From contig JANOEP010000010.1 in NCBI GenBank assembly GCA_031441465.1, positions 32,001 to 96,000 on the forward strand: a DNA stretch of 64,000 nucleotides, in the 5' to 3' direction. Source of the DNA: a bacterium (GTDB lineage Bacteria; Krumholzibacteriota; Krumholzibacteriia; LZORAL124-64-63). The position numbers and the translations under genes were made by a program. The notes beneath the pieces were generated by a model that had not been told where the DNA came from, ran no database searches, and saw nothing but the letters and a program-made list of their open reading frames with translations. Shown piece after piece: positions 19,505 through 27,665 of this stretch (within the stretch, counting starts at the first letter, position 1; the number at the start of each line of letters is the position of its first letter).

Positions 19505-21123
19505 GCGCGTTCCTGGACCGCCTGATCCGCTTGGCCGGGGGAGAGCCCGGCGCCGTGCGGCCCCTGACGCGGGCCCTGCGGCTGAACGCGAAGGGGCAGC
19601 ACTTGCTGCTGCGCGAGAAGAGCCGTCGCCAGAGCGTCATGTCGGCCGAAACCGTGCACCTGCTCGGTCTGGTTCTGGCCGGCTTGACGTCCGTGGTCCT
19701 GGTGCTGGTGATGGTCATGCTCCGCGACCTCGGCGAGCCGCCGCTGGCGGCGGTCGTCTTGTGCGGCGCCCACCTGCTGTTCCTGTTCACGTCCGTGGTC
19801 GGGCAGATCGTGCCGGCGCTGCTCTGCGACGAGGACGCGCGCGTGCTCGGCTGGTGGCCCCTGAAGCGCCGCGACGTGCTGCTGGCGCGTCTGGCCACCG
19901 TGCTGGTGCCCGCCCTCCAGACCACCCTGGCGCTGACTGCGGCGCCCCTGTTGGCCTTCCTGTTCACGGGACGCCCGCCCGTGGCGGCGATGCTGCTGCT
20001 GGCCCTGGCCGTCCTGCTGCAGACCCTGGTCGTGACCTTTGGGACCGCCGCCTTCACCGCCGGCGCGTCGCGCTCGCTGGGGCAGCGTCGCGCCCGTCGT
20101 CTGGCCGCCCTGGTCGTCGACAACAACCTCGCGATGCTGCCCTTTCTGGTGATGCCCTTCCTCCAACCCCTGGGGCGCTGGTTCAAGCTTCATCCCGGTG
20201 TGCTGGACTGGCTGCCCCCCGTCTGGTTCGCGGCCTTCGCCGCGCCGACCGGCGGCCTGCCGGCCCTCAGGGGCGTGGCGCTCGCGCTGTCGCTGTGCGT
20301 GATCGTCGGGGTGATCGGCTGGCGTTTCGCGAGCGGGGGGGGAGGCTCGCCGGCGACGGTCCCCAGCCAGGTGGCGAAGGTGCGTCGCCATCCGGCCGAT
20401 CTGCTGCCGTGGCTGCTGCGTCCCTGGATGCGCGGCCGCGAGGGCTGGGTCGTGCGCCGTCTGCTGGCCGCGCACCTGCGCGAGGACTGGCGTTTCGCCG
20501 GCAACCTGCTGATGATCGTCGTCGTGGACGCCGCCATGCTGTGGTACGCGACCCGGGCCCGCCACGCCGACCGGGACGTCGCCGAAACCATGCTGATGGG
20601 CGGCAGCCAGGTCCTGCTGCTGCTCGTCATGTCGTTGCCGTACTTGTCCACGTTCAGCAGCACGCCGCGCGCCCTGTGGATCGTGGCCTTGGCGGACCTG
20701 GATCCGGCTCGACTGCTGGCCGCCCAGCGCGGCATGGTACGGGGACTGGCCGTCGTGCCGGTCCTGGCGGTGTTCAGCGTGCGCTCCCTGCACTACGGCC
20801 TGGGACCGGAGTTCCTCGCGGTGGCGCTGCTTCTGCTGATCAGCGAAACCGAAGTGCTGCTGCTGATCTTCCAGTGGTTCCAGCCCGAGATGGCCTTCTC
20901 GCGCGAGTTCACGCGCGACCAGTCGTCCCAGGCCATCGTGCGCTGGTTCGCGCTGGCGGGCGTGATGGCGGCCACCATGATCGTCAACCTGCTGGCGGTC
21001 TCTTACCTGCCGGTCAGGTTCGGGCTGGTGGCGGGTTTCCCACTGCTGTTCTGGTTCCTGAGACGCCGCCTCGCCCGCAAGGTCGCCGGTGGGCGACTCA
21101 ACCTCGCCGAGATCTCCTGCTGA
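19501..21123 (+). CDS. ABC exporter permease (many TM helices)
   Basis: 540 aa with many hydrophobic segments; translationally coupled to the ATPase (GTGA). Confidence 0.75.
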   Translation: MSAFLDRLIRLAGGEPGAVRPLTRALRLNAKGQHLLLREKSRRQSVMSAETVHLLGLVLAGLTSVVLVLVMVMLRDLGEPPLAAVVLCGAHLLFLFTSVVGQIVPALLCDEDARVLGWWPLKRRDVLLARLATVLVPALQTTLALTAAPLLAFLFTGRPPVAAMLLLALAVLLQTLVVTFGTAAFTAGASRSLGQRRARRLAALVVDNNLAMLPFLVMPFLQPLGRWFKLHPGVLDWLPPVWFAAFAAPTGGLPALRGVALALSLCVIVGVIGWRFASGGGGSPATVPSQVAKVRRHPADLLPWLLRPWMRGREGWVVRRLLAAHLREDWRFAGNLLMIVVVDAAMLWYATRARHADRDVAETMLMGGSQVLLLLVMSLPYLSTFSSTPRALWIVALADLDPARLLAAQRGMVRGLAVVPVLAVFSVRSLHYGLGPEFLAVALLLLISETEVLLLIFQWFQPEMAFSREFTRDQSSQAIVRWFALAGVMAATMIVNLLAVSYLPVRFGLVAGFPLLFWFLRRRLARKVAGGRLNLAEISC

Positions 21124-21159
21124 TCGTCGCCCGGCCGCTTCGCCGACACCGGCGCACCG

Positions 21160-21915
21160 TCACTTCATCCCGACCCAGCGCCGCCAGCGCGGCCGTGCCT
21201 GCAACGCGATCTCATGCTCCACGCGCAGCAGCCCGCCGCCGGGCTCCAGCAACGCGTAGCCCTGCCAACTCTGCGGAAGTCCGAGGTAGCGGGTCCCGTC
21301 GCGTTCGCATTCGTGCCAGCGGTGATGATGCCCGAAGATCCACCAGCGCGGCTGTAGGTGCGCCGCCACGCGGGCCAGACCCGCCACGCCGGGAGAGCCC
21401 AGGTGCGCGAAGTCGACATCGCTGGTCACCCCGATGCCCGTGGGGCAGTCGTGGCTGATCACGATGTCGATGCTGCCCGGCGCGTGCTCCAGGCAGGCGC
21501 CGATGTCGCGGTCGCGGATCTCGCTGCCGCTCGGGGTCGACCAGGCGTCCATGTAGCGGGCGCCGCCGATGCACAGGAAGTTCCGTCCACCCAGACACTG
21601 CACGGTGGAACGCGGCAAGTGGGTGATGACGTCCGCGTAGTCGCGCACCAGGCGGTCGAAGGCGACGAAGTCCTCGTGGTTGCCCTCGATGAAGGCCACC
21701 GGGCGCGCGAATCTTCGGCGGTCTTGTCGGAAATGACGGTGCAGGTCGGCGCCGAACAGGCCGAAGTCGCCCAGGACCAGCACACGCTCGACGGAGCGGC
21801 CCAGCACCTCCTGGGCGTGCGCGATCTGGGCGTCGACGACGCCGAAGCGTCCGTGGACGTCGCTGATCAGCAGGAGGGAGTCCGCATCCCGGCCGGGACC
21901 TTCGGCGGCGTGCAT
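21160..21915 (-). CDS. Calcineurin-like metallophosphoesterase
   Basis: All five motifs present: SDVHG, GDFG, GNHE, SHD, GHHH. Confidence 0.9.
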   Translation of the reverse strand: MHAAEGPGRDADSLLLISDVHGRFGVVDAQIAHAQEVLGRSVERVLVLGDFGLFGADLHRHFRQDRRRFARPVAFIEGNHEDFVAFDRLVRDYADVITHLPRSTVQCLGGRNFLCIGGARYMDAWSTPSGSEIRDRDIGACLEHAPGSIDIVISHDCPTGIGVTSDVDFAHLGSPGVAGLARVAAHLQPRWWIFGHHHRWHECERDGTRYLGLPQSWQGYALLEPGGGLLRVEHEIALQARPRWRRWVGMK

Positions 21916-21920
21916 CGCGC

Positions 21921-23987
21921 TCAGGCCCCCTTGAACTCGTGGTCCAGCAAGGTCTGCAGCGTCTTGAGGTGCGTGAACACGGCCTTCAGGGTCTTGCGGG
22001 TCGCCGGATCGAGCGCGTCGGGTTCGAGCCGGTTGTCCGGCTCGAGGCGCCCGAGGATCCGCCGCGCCTGGTGCTGGAGACGGAGGTCCATCAGGAAACG
22101 GAAGGCTTCGCTGAGTTCGTCGGCGGTCTCGGCGCGCAGTTTGCCTGCTTCCGCCAGGGCGATCAATCGGTCGGCCGTGCCGGTGGCGGCGATCCCGTGC
22201 TGCAGGGCGCGCAACCGCACGTAGTCGACGATCTGCGCCATGACGCCCTTGACGTCGAAGGTCGCGCGGTCCGCTTCGCCCTTCTCAAGCGCGAAACCCC
22301 CGAATGTCCTGAGCGGCGGCTCGTACTGCAGCACGCTGCGCGCCAGCAGGTGCAGGAAGCGGGGCTCGCTCGCGATCTCGGTCGCCAGGTGCTCGCGCAG
22401 CGCGGCGGTGAGCCCGCCCTCGTCCAGGGCGCTGCGGAAGTCGAAGAAGATCGCCGCCTGCAGGAGATCCTCGGCTTCCAGGGTGTGGATCCAGCCGCCG
22501 AAGGTGTGCCGCCAGCCGGTGAGCGACTGGCAGCAGCGGGTCTCCCCGGACATGATGCCGCCCCGGCAGAAGGGGTAGCCTGCGGCGTCCAGGATCTCGG
22601 AGAGCCTGGCGCCCAAGCGCAGGAAGTAGGGCCGGGCCGCGGCTTCCGCGTCGGCGTCGAGGTCCGGGTAGATCAGGGCGTGGTCCTGGTCGGCCAACAA
22701 GCTCACTTCGGCCCGCCCCAGGCTCCCCATGAGCATGATGTCGAAGGCCGTGGGCGGCGGGCCCAGCTCGGCGACCGCCAGCTCGACGCCCTTGCGCACG
22801 GCCGCGTCGGCGTTCTGCGAGAGCATGCGGCTGACCTGCAGGGCGTCGGCCCCGTGGCTCATCATGAGGCTGGCCATGGTCGCCATGCGCCGGTTCGCCG
22901 CCGCCAGGTCCTCGCTGCTCTGCGCCGCGCGCAGGTCGAGTTCGCGCGGCTTGGCCAGACGGGTGGCCACGGCCATGAAGCCCGGCCGGCCCTGCAGGAC
23001 GACGCGCGACAGCGACAGCATGACCCGGACGGTGCCGCCGTCGCGGGTGATCAGTTCTGCCTCGTAACGGGTCGGCGCGCGCTCGCCGGCGGCCACCGCC
23101 TGCCAGTAGCGCCGACCGCTCTCCAGCTCCGCGGCCGTGGGCCGCACCAGGTCGCCGGCGTCCAGACCGGCGAGATCCGCTTGCTCGTAGCCCACGAGCT
23201 TCAACATGCTCGCGTTGGCGAAGAGCCCCTCGTCGCCGACGGACATGAAGATCGACTCGCCGGCCGACTCCACCAGCGAGCGGTACTTCTCCTCGGAAGC
23301 CAGCAGGGCCGCCGCCGTGCGCAGCCGGCCGCGCTCGGCCACGAAACTGGTCCGCAGCAGGAAGACCAGCAGCAGCGTCACCGCGGCCAGGATCAGCAGG
23401 GCCGCGGCCTGCAGGCGGCCGGTCACCGCCGCCACCTCGCGGTCGACGTCGTCGGTGTACACGCCGGTGCCGATGATCCAGCCCCAGGGCGCGAAGCCCT
23501 TGACGAAGGACAGCTTGGGCACGATGCGCGCGGGGTCGTCCTTCCACTGCCACATGTAGTCGACGTAACCGGCGCCGTCGCGGCGCACGAGGTCGACCAT
23601 CGCGACGAAGATCAGCTTGCCGTGCGGGTCGGCGAAGCCGGACAGGTCTTCGCCCTCGAGGTCGGGACGGTAGGGGTGGACGATCATCCGCGGCTGCAGG
23701 TCGTTGATCCAGAAGTAGTCCTTGCCCTCCTGGCCGTAATGGAGGCTGCGCACCTGCAGGACCGCGCCGGCCTGCGCCTGCTCCCGCGTCAGGCGGCCGG
23801 CGCGTTCCTCGGCCTCGAAGCGGGCCAGGATGTTCCAGGACGACTCGGTCAACTCGCGGATCATGAGCCGTTTCTGGTCCATCACCGCGCGGCTCAACGT
23901 GGGCAGGAAGTGGAAGAAGACGACCCCGGAGAACAGGCTGATGGCCAGCAGGGCGGGCAGGCCCGTGCGCAGCGCGAGACGCTTCAT
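21921..23987 (-). CDS. Membrane sensor: TM-sCache_2-TM-PAS-DUF294 nucleotidyltransferase-DUF294_C
   Basis: Cache: YFWIND...MIVHP...YVDYMW...PKLSFVK...WGWIIGTGVY; PAS: SEEKYRSLVE...FANASM; NTase: MGSLGRAE...DQDHAL, GYPFCRGGIM, IFFDFR; substrate-binding domain: FDVKG...DYVRLRAL...AFRFLMDLRL. Confidence 0.88.
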   Translation of the reverse strand: MKRLALRTGLPALLAISLFSGVVFFHFLPTLSRAVMDQKRLMIRELTESSWNILARFEAEERAGRLTREQAQAGAVLQVRSLHYGQEGKDYFWINDLQPRMIVHPYRPDLEGEDLSGFADPHGKLIFVAMVDLVRRDGAGYVDYMWQWKDDPARIVPKLSFVKGFAPWGWIIGTGVYTDDVDREVAAVTGRLQAAALLILAAVTLLLVFLLRTSFVAERGRLRTAAALLASEEKYRSLVESAGESIFMSVGDEGLFANASMLKLVGYEQADLAGLDAGDLVRPTAAELESGRRYWQAVAAGERAPTRYEAELITRDGGTVRVMLSLSRVVLQGRPGFMAVATRLAKPRELDLRAAQSSEDLAAANRRMATMASLMMSHGADALQVSRMLSQNADAAVRKGVELAVAELGPPPTAFDIMLMGSLGRAEVSLLADQDHALIYPDLDADAEAAARPYFLRLGARLSEILDAAGYPFCRGGIMSGETRCCQSLTGWRHTFGGWIHTLEAEDLLQAAIFFDFRSALDEGGLTAALREHLATEIASEPRFLHLLARSVLQYEPPLRTFGGFALEKGEADRATFDVKGVMAQIVDYVRLRALQHGIAATGTADRLIALAEAGKLRAETADELSEAFRFLMDLRLQHQARRILGRLEPDNRLEPDALDPATRKTLKAVFTHLKTLQTLLDHEFKGA

Positions 23988-24035
23988 CGCCGTGACCTGA
24001 CCGTCGACCTCATGCCGATGCCTCCGCGCCGGAGC

Positions 24036-25094
24036 CTACAGCAGGAACTGCACGCCCGCCAGCAGCTGGTTGGGACTGTCGCCGGTGCTGAATTCCACCC
24101 CGTAGCGGACTTTGTGCTTCAACCGGTAGTAGTGCAGGCCCGCCGTCAGGTCGGACGTCACGGCTCCGGAGTCGTGATCGATGACGGCGAACTTGCCCGT
24201 CACCTGCACGCGATCGCGGCGCAATCCCGACTCGACGAACCAGGTGTTGCCGTGAAAATTGATGTTGTCCCAGTCGTACCAGCCGGCATTGAGCGTGCCG
24301 AACATCCCACCCGTGACGAACCCGGATTGCATGTCGAGCACGAACGCCCGGCTGTCGATCGTCCAGCCGGGATTCGTGAGCGGCACGTAACCGGCGCGGT
24401 TGGCCCGCCTCTGGTAGTCGATCCCGGTGCCCAGCAGCAGGTACGGATCGCCGCCCAGGCGTTCCTGGCCGTGGAACCAAGCCGTGGGCGCGGTGCCCAC
24501 GGCCGCGAATTCCAGATGTCCGGTGAAGCGCGGCGCGGCCTCGGGATTCTTCGTCGTCCCGACCTCATACCCGTCGAACACGCCCGCACGGTAGGCGAAC
24601 CGCGGGCTGCACGAGCCGTGCAGCATCAGGCCCTGGTCGCGCCAGACGAAGGTGTTGGCCAGCTTGATCACCTCGGCGTTGTAGTCCAGCCCCAGCAGAC
24701 TCGCGGCCGAGGATGTGCTCTCGAAGGACAGCGGCAGCAGGATCAGCCCCGCCTCCAGCCAGTGGTCCCCCCGCAGGCGCAGGTCGACGAAGATGTCCTG
24801 CAGGTCGGTGGACACGCCGCCGGCGCTGGAGCGTCCGGCGTTGTCGTTGTCCGTCTCGGCGAAGACCTTCACGCCGTCGGCGATCTGGCCGCTGAAGATC
24901 AACCGTCCCCGGCGCAGGTACATGTCGTGGTCGACCTCGGCGCCCGCCACCGTCACGGCGTGGAACTGCCCCAGCAGGCTGAACTGCAGGTTGGCCCCGT
25001 CGTCGAAGTCCCAGCGGGGGCCGGCGAGCGCGGGCGCCGCCGCGACCGTCAGCAGCACCAGCATCGCCCGCAGCAGGAAGTCCGTCCTGGTCAT
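24036..25094 (-). CDS. Outer-membrane porin-like beta-barrel (OprO/OprP-like)
   Basis: ATG 25094 after AAGGAG; signal peptide ending ALA; YLRRGRLIFSG, LQDIFVD, WRDQGLMLHG; amphipathic strands ending AGVQFLL. Confidence 0.75.
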   Translation of the reverse strand: MTRTDFLLRAMLVLLTVAAAPALAGPRWDFDDGANLQFSLLGQFHAVTVAGAEVDHDMYLRRGRLIFSGQIADGVKVFAETDNDNAGRSSAGGVSTDLQDIFVDLRLRGDHWLEAGLILLPLSFESTSSAASLLGLDYNAEVIKLANTFVWRDQGLMLHGSCSPRFAYRAGVFDGYEVGTTKNPEAAPRFTGHLEFAAVGTAPTAWFHGQERLGGDPYLLLGTGIDYQRRANRAGYVPLTNPGWTIDSRAFVLDMQSGFVTGGMFGTLNAGWYDWDNINFHGNTWFVESGLRRDRVQVTGKFAVIDHDSGAVTSDLTAGLHYYRLKHKVRYGVEFSTGDSPNQLLAGVQFLL

Positions 25095-25126
25095 CGCGCA
25101 CTCCTTATTCAGGAAGGAAGGGGGAA

Positions 25127-25150
25127 CGCGGGCCGGCGAACCGGCCCGCG
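25127..25150 (-). other. Stable UUCG-tetraloop hairpin between the symporter and porin genes
   Basis: CGCGGGCCGG-TTCG-CCGGCCCGCG on the - strand (10-bp stem), only a weak U tail. Confidence 0.55.
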
Positions 25151-25153
25151 CCA

Positions 25154-27028
25154 TCAAGCTTCGACGGCGACCCGCCGGTTCTTCGTCGTCAGCGACACCA
25201 CGATCAGCGCCAGGAAGCTCAGCGGGATCGAGATGATCCCCGGCTGGCCCAGGGGGTGCCACGCCTGTTCGGCGGTCAGTCCGTACGGGCCCGCGAACAT
25301 CTCGGGCCCGGTCAGGATGATCCCGAGCGAGGAGACGATGCCCACGGTGATCGAGGCGACGATGCCCGCCGCGGTCGTCCGCTTCCAGAACAGCAGCATG
25401 AGGATCGCCGGCAGGTTGGCCGACGCCGCCACGGCGAAGGCCCAGCCGACCAGGAAGCTCACGTTGACCCCGCGGAACACGATGCCCAGCACGATCGCCA
25501 CGATGCCCACCGCGAACGCGGCCACCTTGCCGGCGCGCACCTTCTTCTCGTCGCTCAGGTGCATGCCGCCGTAGCGGTCCATCAGGTCGTGGGCCACCGC
25601 ACCCGAGGCGGCCACGATCAGACCGGCCACGGTGCCCAGCACGGTCGCGAACGCGATGGCCGAGATGATCGCGAACAGCACGCCGCCGAAGGACATCGCC
25701 AGCAGCGGCGCCGACATGTTGTTGTCCGCCGGGTTCACCGTGCCGTTGGTCGCCGCGCCGAGCCCCAGGAACAGGGTCAGGACGTAGAAGAAACCGATGG
25801 CGGCGATGGCCACGATGGTCGACTTGCGGGCGCACGCCGGGCTCGGCACGGTGTAGTAGCGGATCAGGATGTGCGGCAGGGCCGCGGTCCCGAAGAACAG
25901 GGCCAGCATCAGCGACACGAAGTTCAGCTTCTCGGTCGTGGTGTGCACCTTGAACTTCACGCCCGGTTTCATCTCGTCGGTACCCGAGACGGTCTTCGGG
26001 TAGTAGACCGCGAACTTGGCGCCGGTCTCGTCGGTCACGGCCTGCTTCTGCCACTGCTCGATGCGGGTGTCGGGATGGGTCAGGTGGGCGAGGAACGCCA
26101 GGGGACCCACCGGTCCCGTGCCGGCGGCGGCTTCCGCGGCGCTCAACCCGCCGATCTGCCGCAGGCGGCCGACGGGTGCCAGGACCCCGCCCGCCACGCC
26201 GTTGACCTGCCCCACGCCCGTCCACTGCGCCTGCCAGAGCGTGCCGTCGGCCTCGCGCTTCCACCAGCTGGCTGATCCGTCGCGGCCGTACTTCTGCAGG
26301 CTGCCGGCGGTGTGCATCAGCGCGAACCCCTGCTCCAGGAGCTGGCTTTCGGTGGTCTGCATGGTCGCGTCGCCGCCGGGGGCGCCGCCGTCGAGCCCCA
26401 CAGGCTCGGTGCTCAGCCCGCGCACGAGCACGAAACCGACCAGGATGGTCGAGAAGATCAGCAGCAGGCCGCCCTTGAGGAACTGCACGTACGTCGTGGA
26501 GGTCATGCCGGCGGCCGACACGATGACGATCACGATGACGCCCACCAGGATCACGCCCACCCAGTGGGGCAGGCCGAGCAGCGGTTCCACAAGCGAGCCG
26601 GCGCCGTTCATCTGCGGGATGAGGTAGCAGATCGACACCACCAGCGTGGAGATGGCCGCGGCCAGCTTGATGCCGCGGCTGTCGAACTTGGCGTCCAGGG
26701 CGTCGGTGAAGGTGAACTTGCCCATGCGCTTCATGGGTTCGGCCACCACGAACAGCGCCACGACCCAGCCGGCCAGGTAGCCGATGGAATAGAGGAAACC
26801 GTCGTAGCCGAGGGTGGCGATCATGCCGCAGATGCCCAGGAACGACGCGGCCGACAGGTAGTCGCCGGCGAAGCTGATGCCGTTGACCGCCCAGTGGATC
26901 TGCCCGCCGGCGGCGTAGTAGCCGGCGGCCGACTTCGCCTTGCGCGCGAAGAAGAAGCTCAGGAACAGCACCGCCGCGACGAACAGCGCGAAGATGACGA
27001 TGGACAGGGGAGTGCCGTGCAGGTTCAT
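25154..27028 (-). CDS. actP: Sodium:solute symporter, cation/acetate symporter ActP-like
   Basis: YYAAGG, NGISFAGDYLSAASFLG, GYDGFLYSIG, GTAALPHILIRYYTV, AFATVLGTVAGL, AFAVAASANLP; extra ~150-aa soluble insertion. Confidence 0.85.
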   Translation of the reverse strand: MNLHGTPLSIVIFALFVAAVLFLSFFFARKAKSAAGYYAAGGQIHWAVNGISFAGDYLSAASFLGICGMIATLGYDGFLYSIGYLAGWVVALFVVAEPMKRMGKFTFTDALDAKFDSRGIKLAAAISTLVVSICYLIPQMNGAGSLVEPLLGLPHWVGVILVGVIVIVIVSAAGMTSTTYVQFLKGGLLLIFSTILVGFVLVRGLSTEPVGLDGGAPGGDATMQTTESQLLEQGFALMHTAGSLQKYGRDGSASWWKREADGTLWQAQWTGVGQVNGVAGGVLAPVGRLRQIGGLSAAEAAAGTGPVGPLAFLAHLTHPDTRIEQWQKQAVTDETGAKFAVYYPKTVSGTDEMKPGVKFKVHTTTEKLNFVSLMLALFFGTAALPHILIRYYTVPSPACARKSTIVAIAAIGFFYVLTLFLGLGAATNGTVNPADNNMSAPLLAMSFGGVLFAIISAIAFATVLGTVAGLIVAASGAVAHDLMDRYGGMHLSDEKKVRAGKVAAFAVGIVAIVLGIVFRGVNVSFLVGWAFAVAASANLPAILMLLFWKRTTAAGIVASITVGIVSSLGIILTGPEMFAGPYGLTAEQAWHPLGQPGIISIPLSFLALIVVSLTTKNRRVAVEA

Positions 27029-27324
27029 GCTCCGGCCCCCTTCCCGCCGTGCCCGCCGGACATTTCACGTTCCTTGCGGGTGCAGAGGTGGTTGTAGAGG
27101 AGGGCCTGGGCCAGGGCGAAGACGATCAGCCCGAGACCGTAGACCACGGCGAGGTTGAGCCCGGCGAACACGATGGTCTGCATCGCGCGGCCTTCGGCGA
27201 CGACGCTCGTCAGGACGAACCCGGCGTAGACGACGCAGTAGATGATGAACATCACGACGCCCAGCCGGGTCTTGTAACCGCTGGCGGGATCCGGTCCGGA
27301 AGAGCGGGCTGGTCCGTGGAGCAT
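27025..27324 (-). CDS. DUF485 (YjcH-like) small membrane partner of ActP
   Basis: Two TM helices, GLNLAVVYGLGLI; overlaps actP start (ATGA); RBS GAGGG upstream. Confidence 0.85.
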   Translation of the reverse strand: MLHGPARSSGPDPASGYKTRLGVVMFIIYCVVYAGFVLTSVVAEGRAMQTIVFAGLNLAVVYGLGLIVFALAQALLYNHLCTRKEREMSGGHGGKGAGA

Positions 27325-27420
27325 CTTCCCTCCTAGGGTGATAGCGGAAGGCAGGGGAGGGGGCGCCGGATGCCGCCGGGCGCCACCCTTCGGTGCGCAA
27401 TTCGCGGAAACCTAACATGC

Positions 27421-27436
27421 TGTGAAAATATACACA
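27421..27436. promoter_or_regulatory. CRP/FNR-family-like binding site
   Basis: TGTGA-AAATAT-ACACA versus CRP consensus TGTGA-N6-TCACA (1 mismatch), ~100 bp upstream of DUF485-actP. Confidence 0.45.
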
Positions 27437-27487
27437 ATGAATTCGACGCAAGAACGTATCCGACCGGATCAGTGAACAGAGGTGACA

Positions 27488-27523
27488 ATACCGAGATCGG
27501 TATACAAAGACTAATTTAGTCTT
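27488..27523. promoter_or_regulatory. Two adjacent perfect palindromes (candidate operators)
   Basis: ATACCGA-GA-TCGGTAT (27488-27503) and AAGACTAA-T-TTAGTCTT (27507-27523) in an AT-rich divergent intergenic region. Confidence 0.5.
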
Positions 27524-27665
27524 GTTATATCGTCAGTGACGTGCTCCAATGACGGGCCATCCGATGTCTAGGCGTGATCCACCCGCTTCAACCGCACATC
27601 GGCCGGGAGGGCTCTGCGAAGCCCGGTCCTGCGATCCTGTATCCGCACGATGAAGGAGTACCTCG

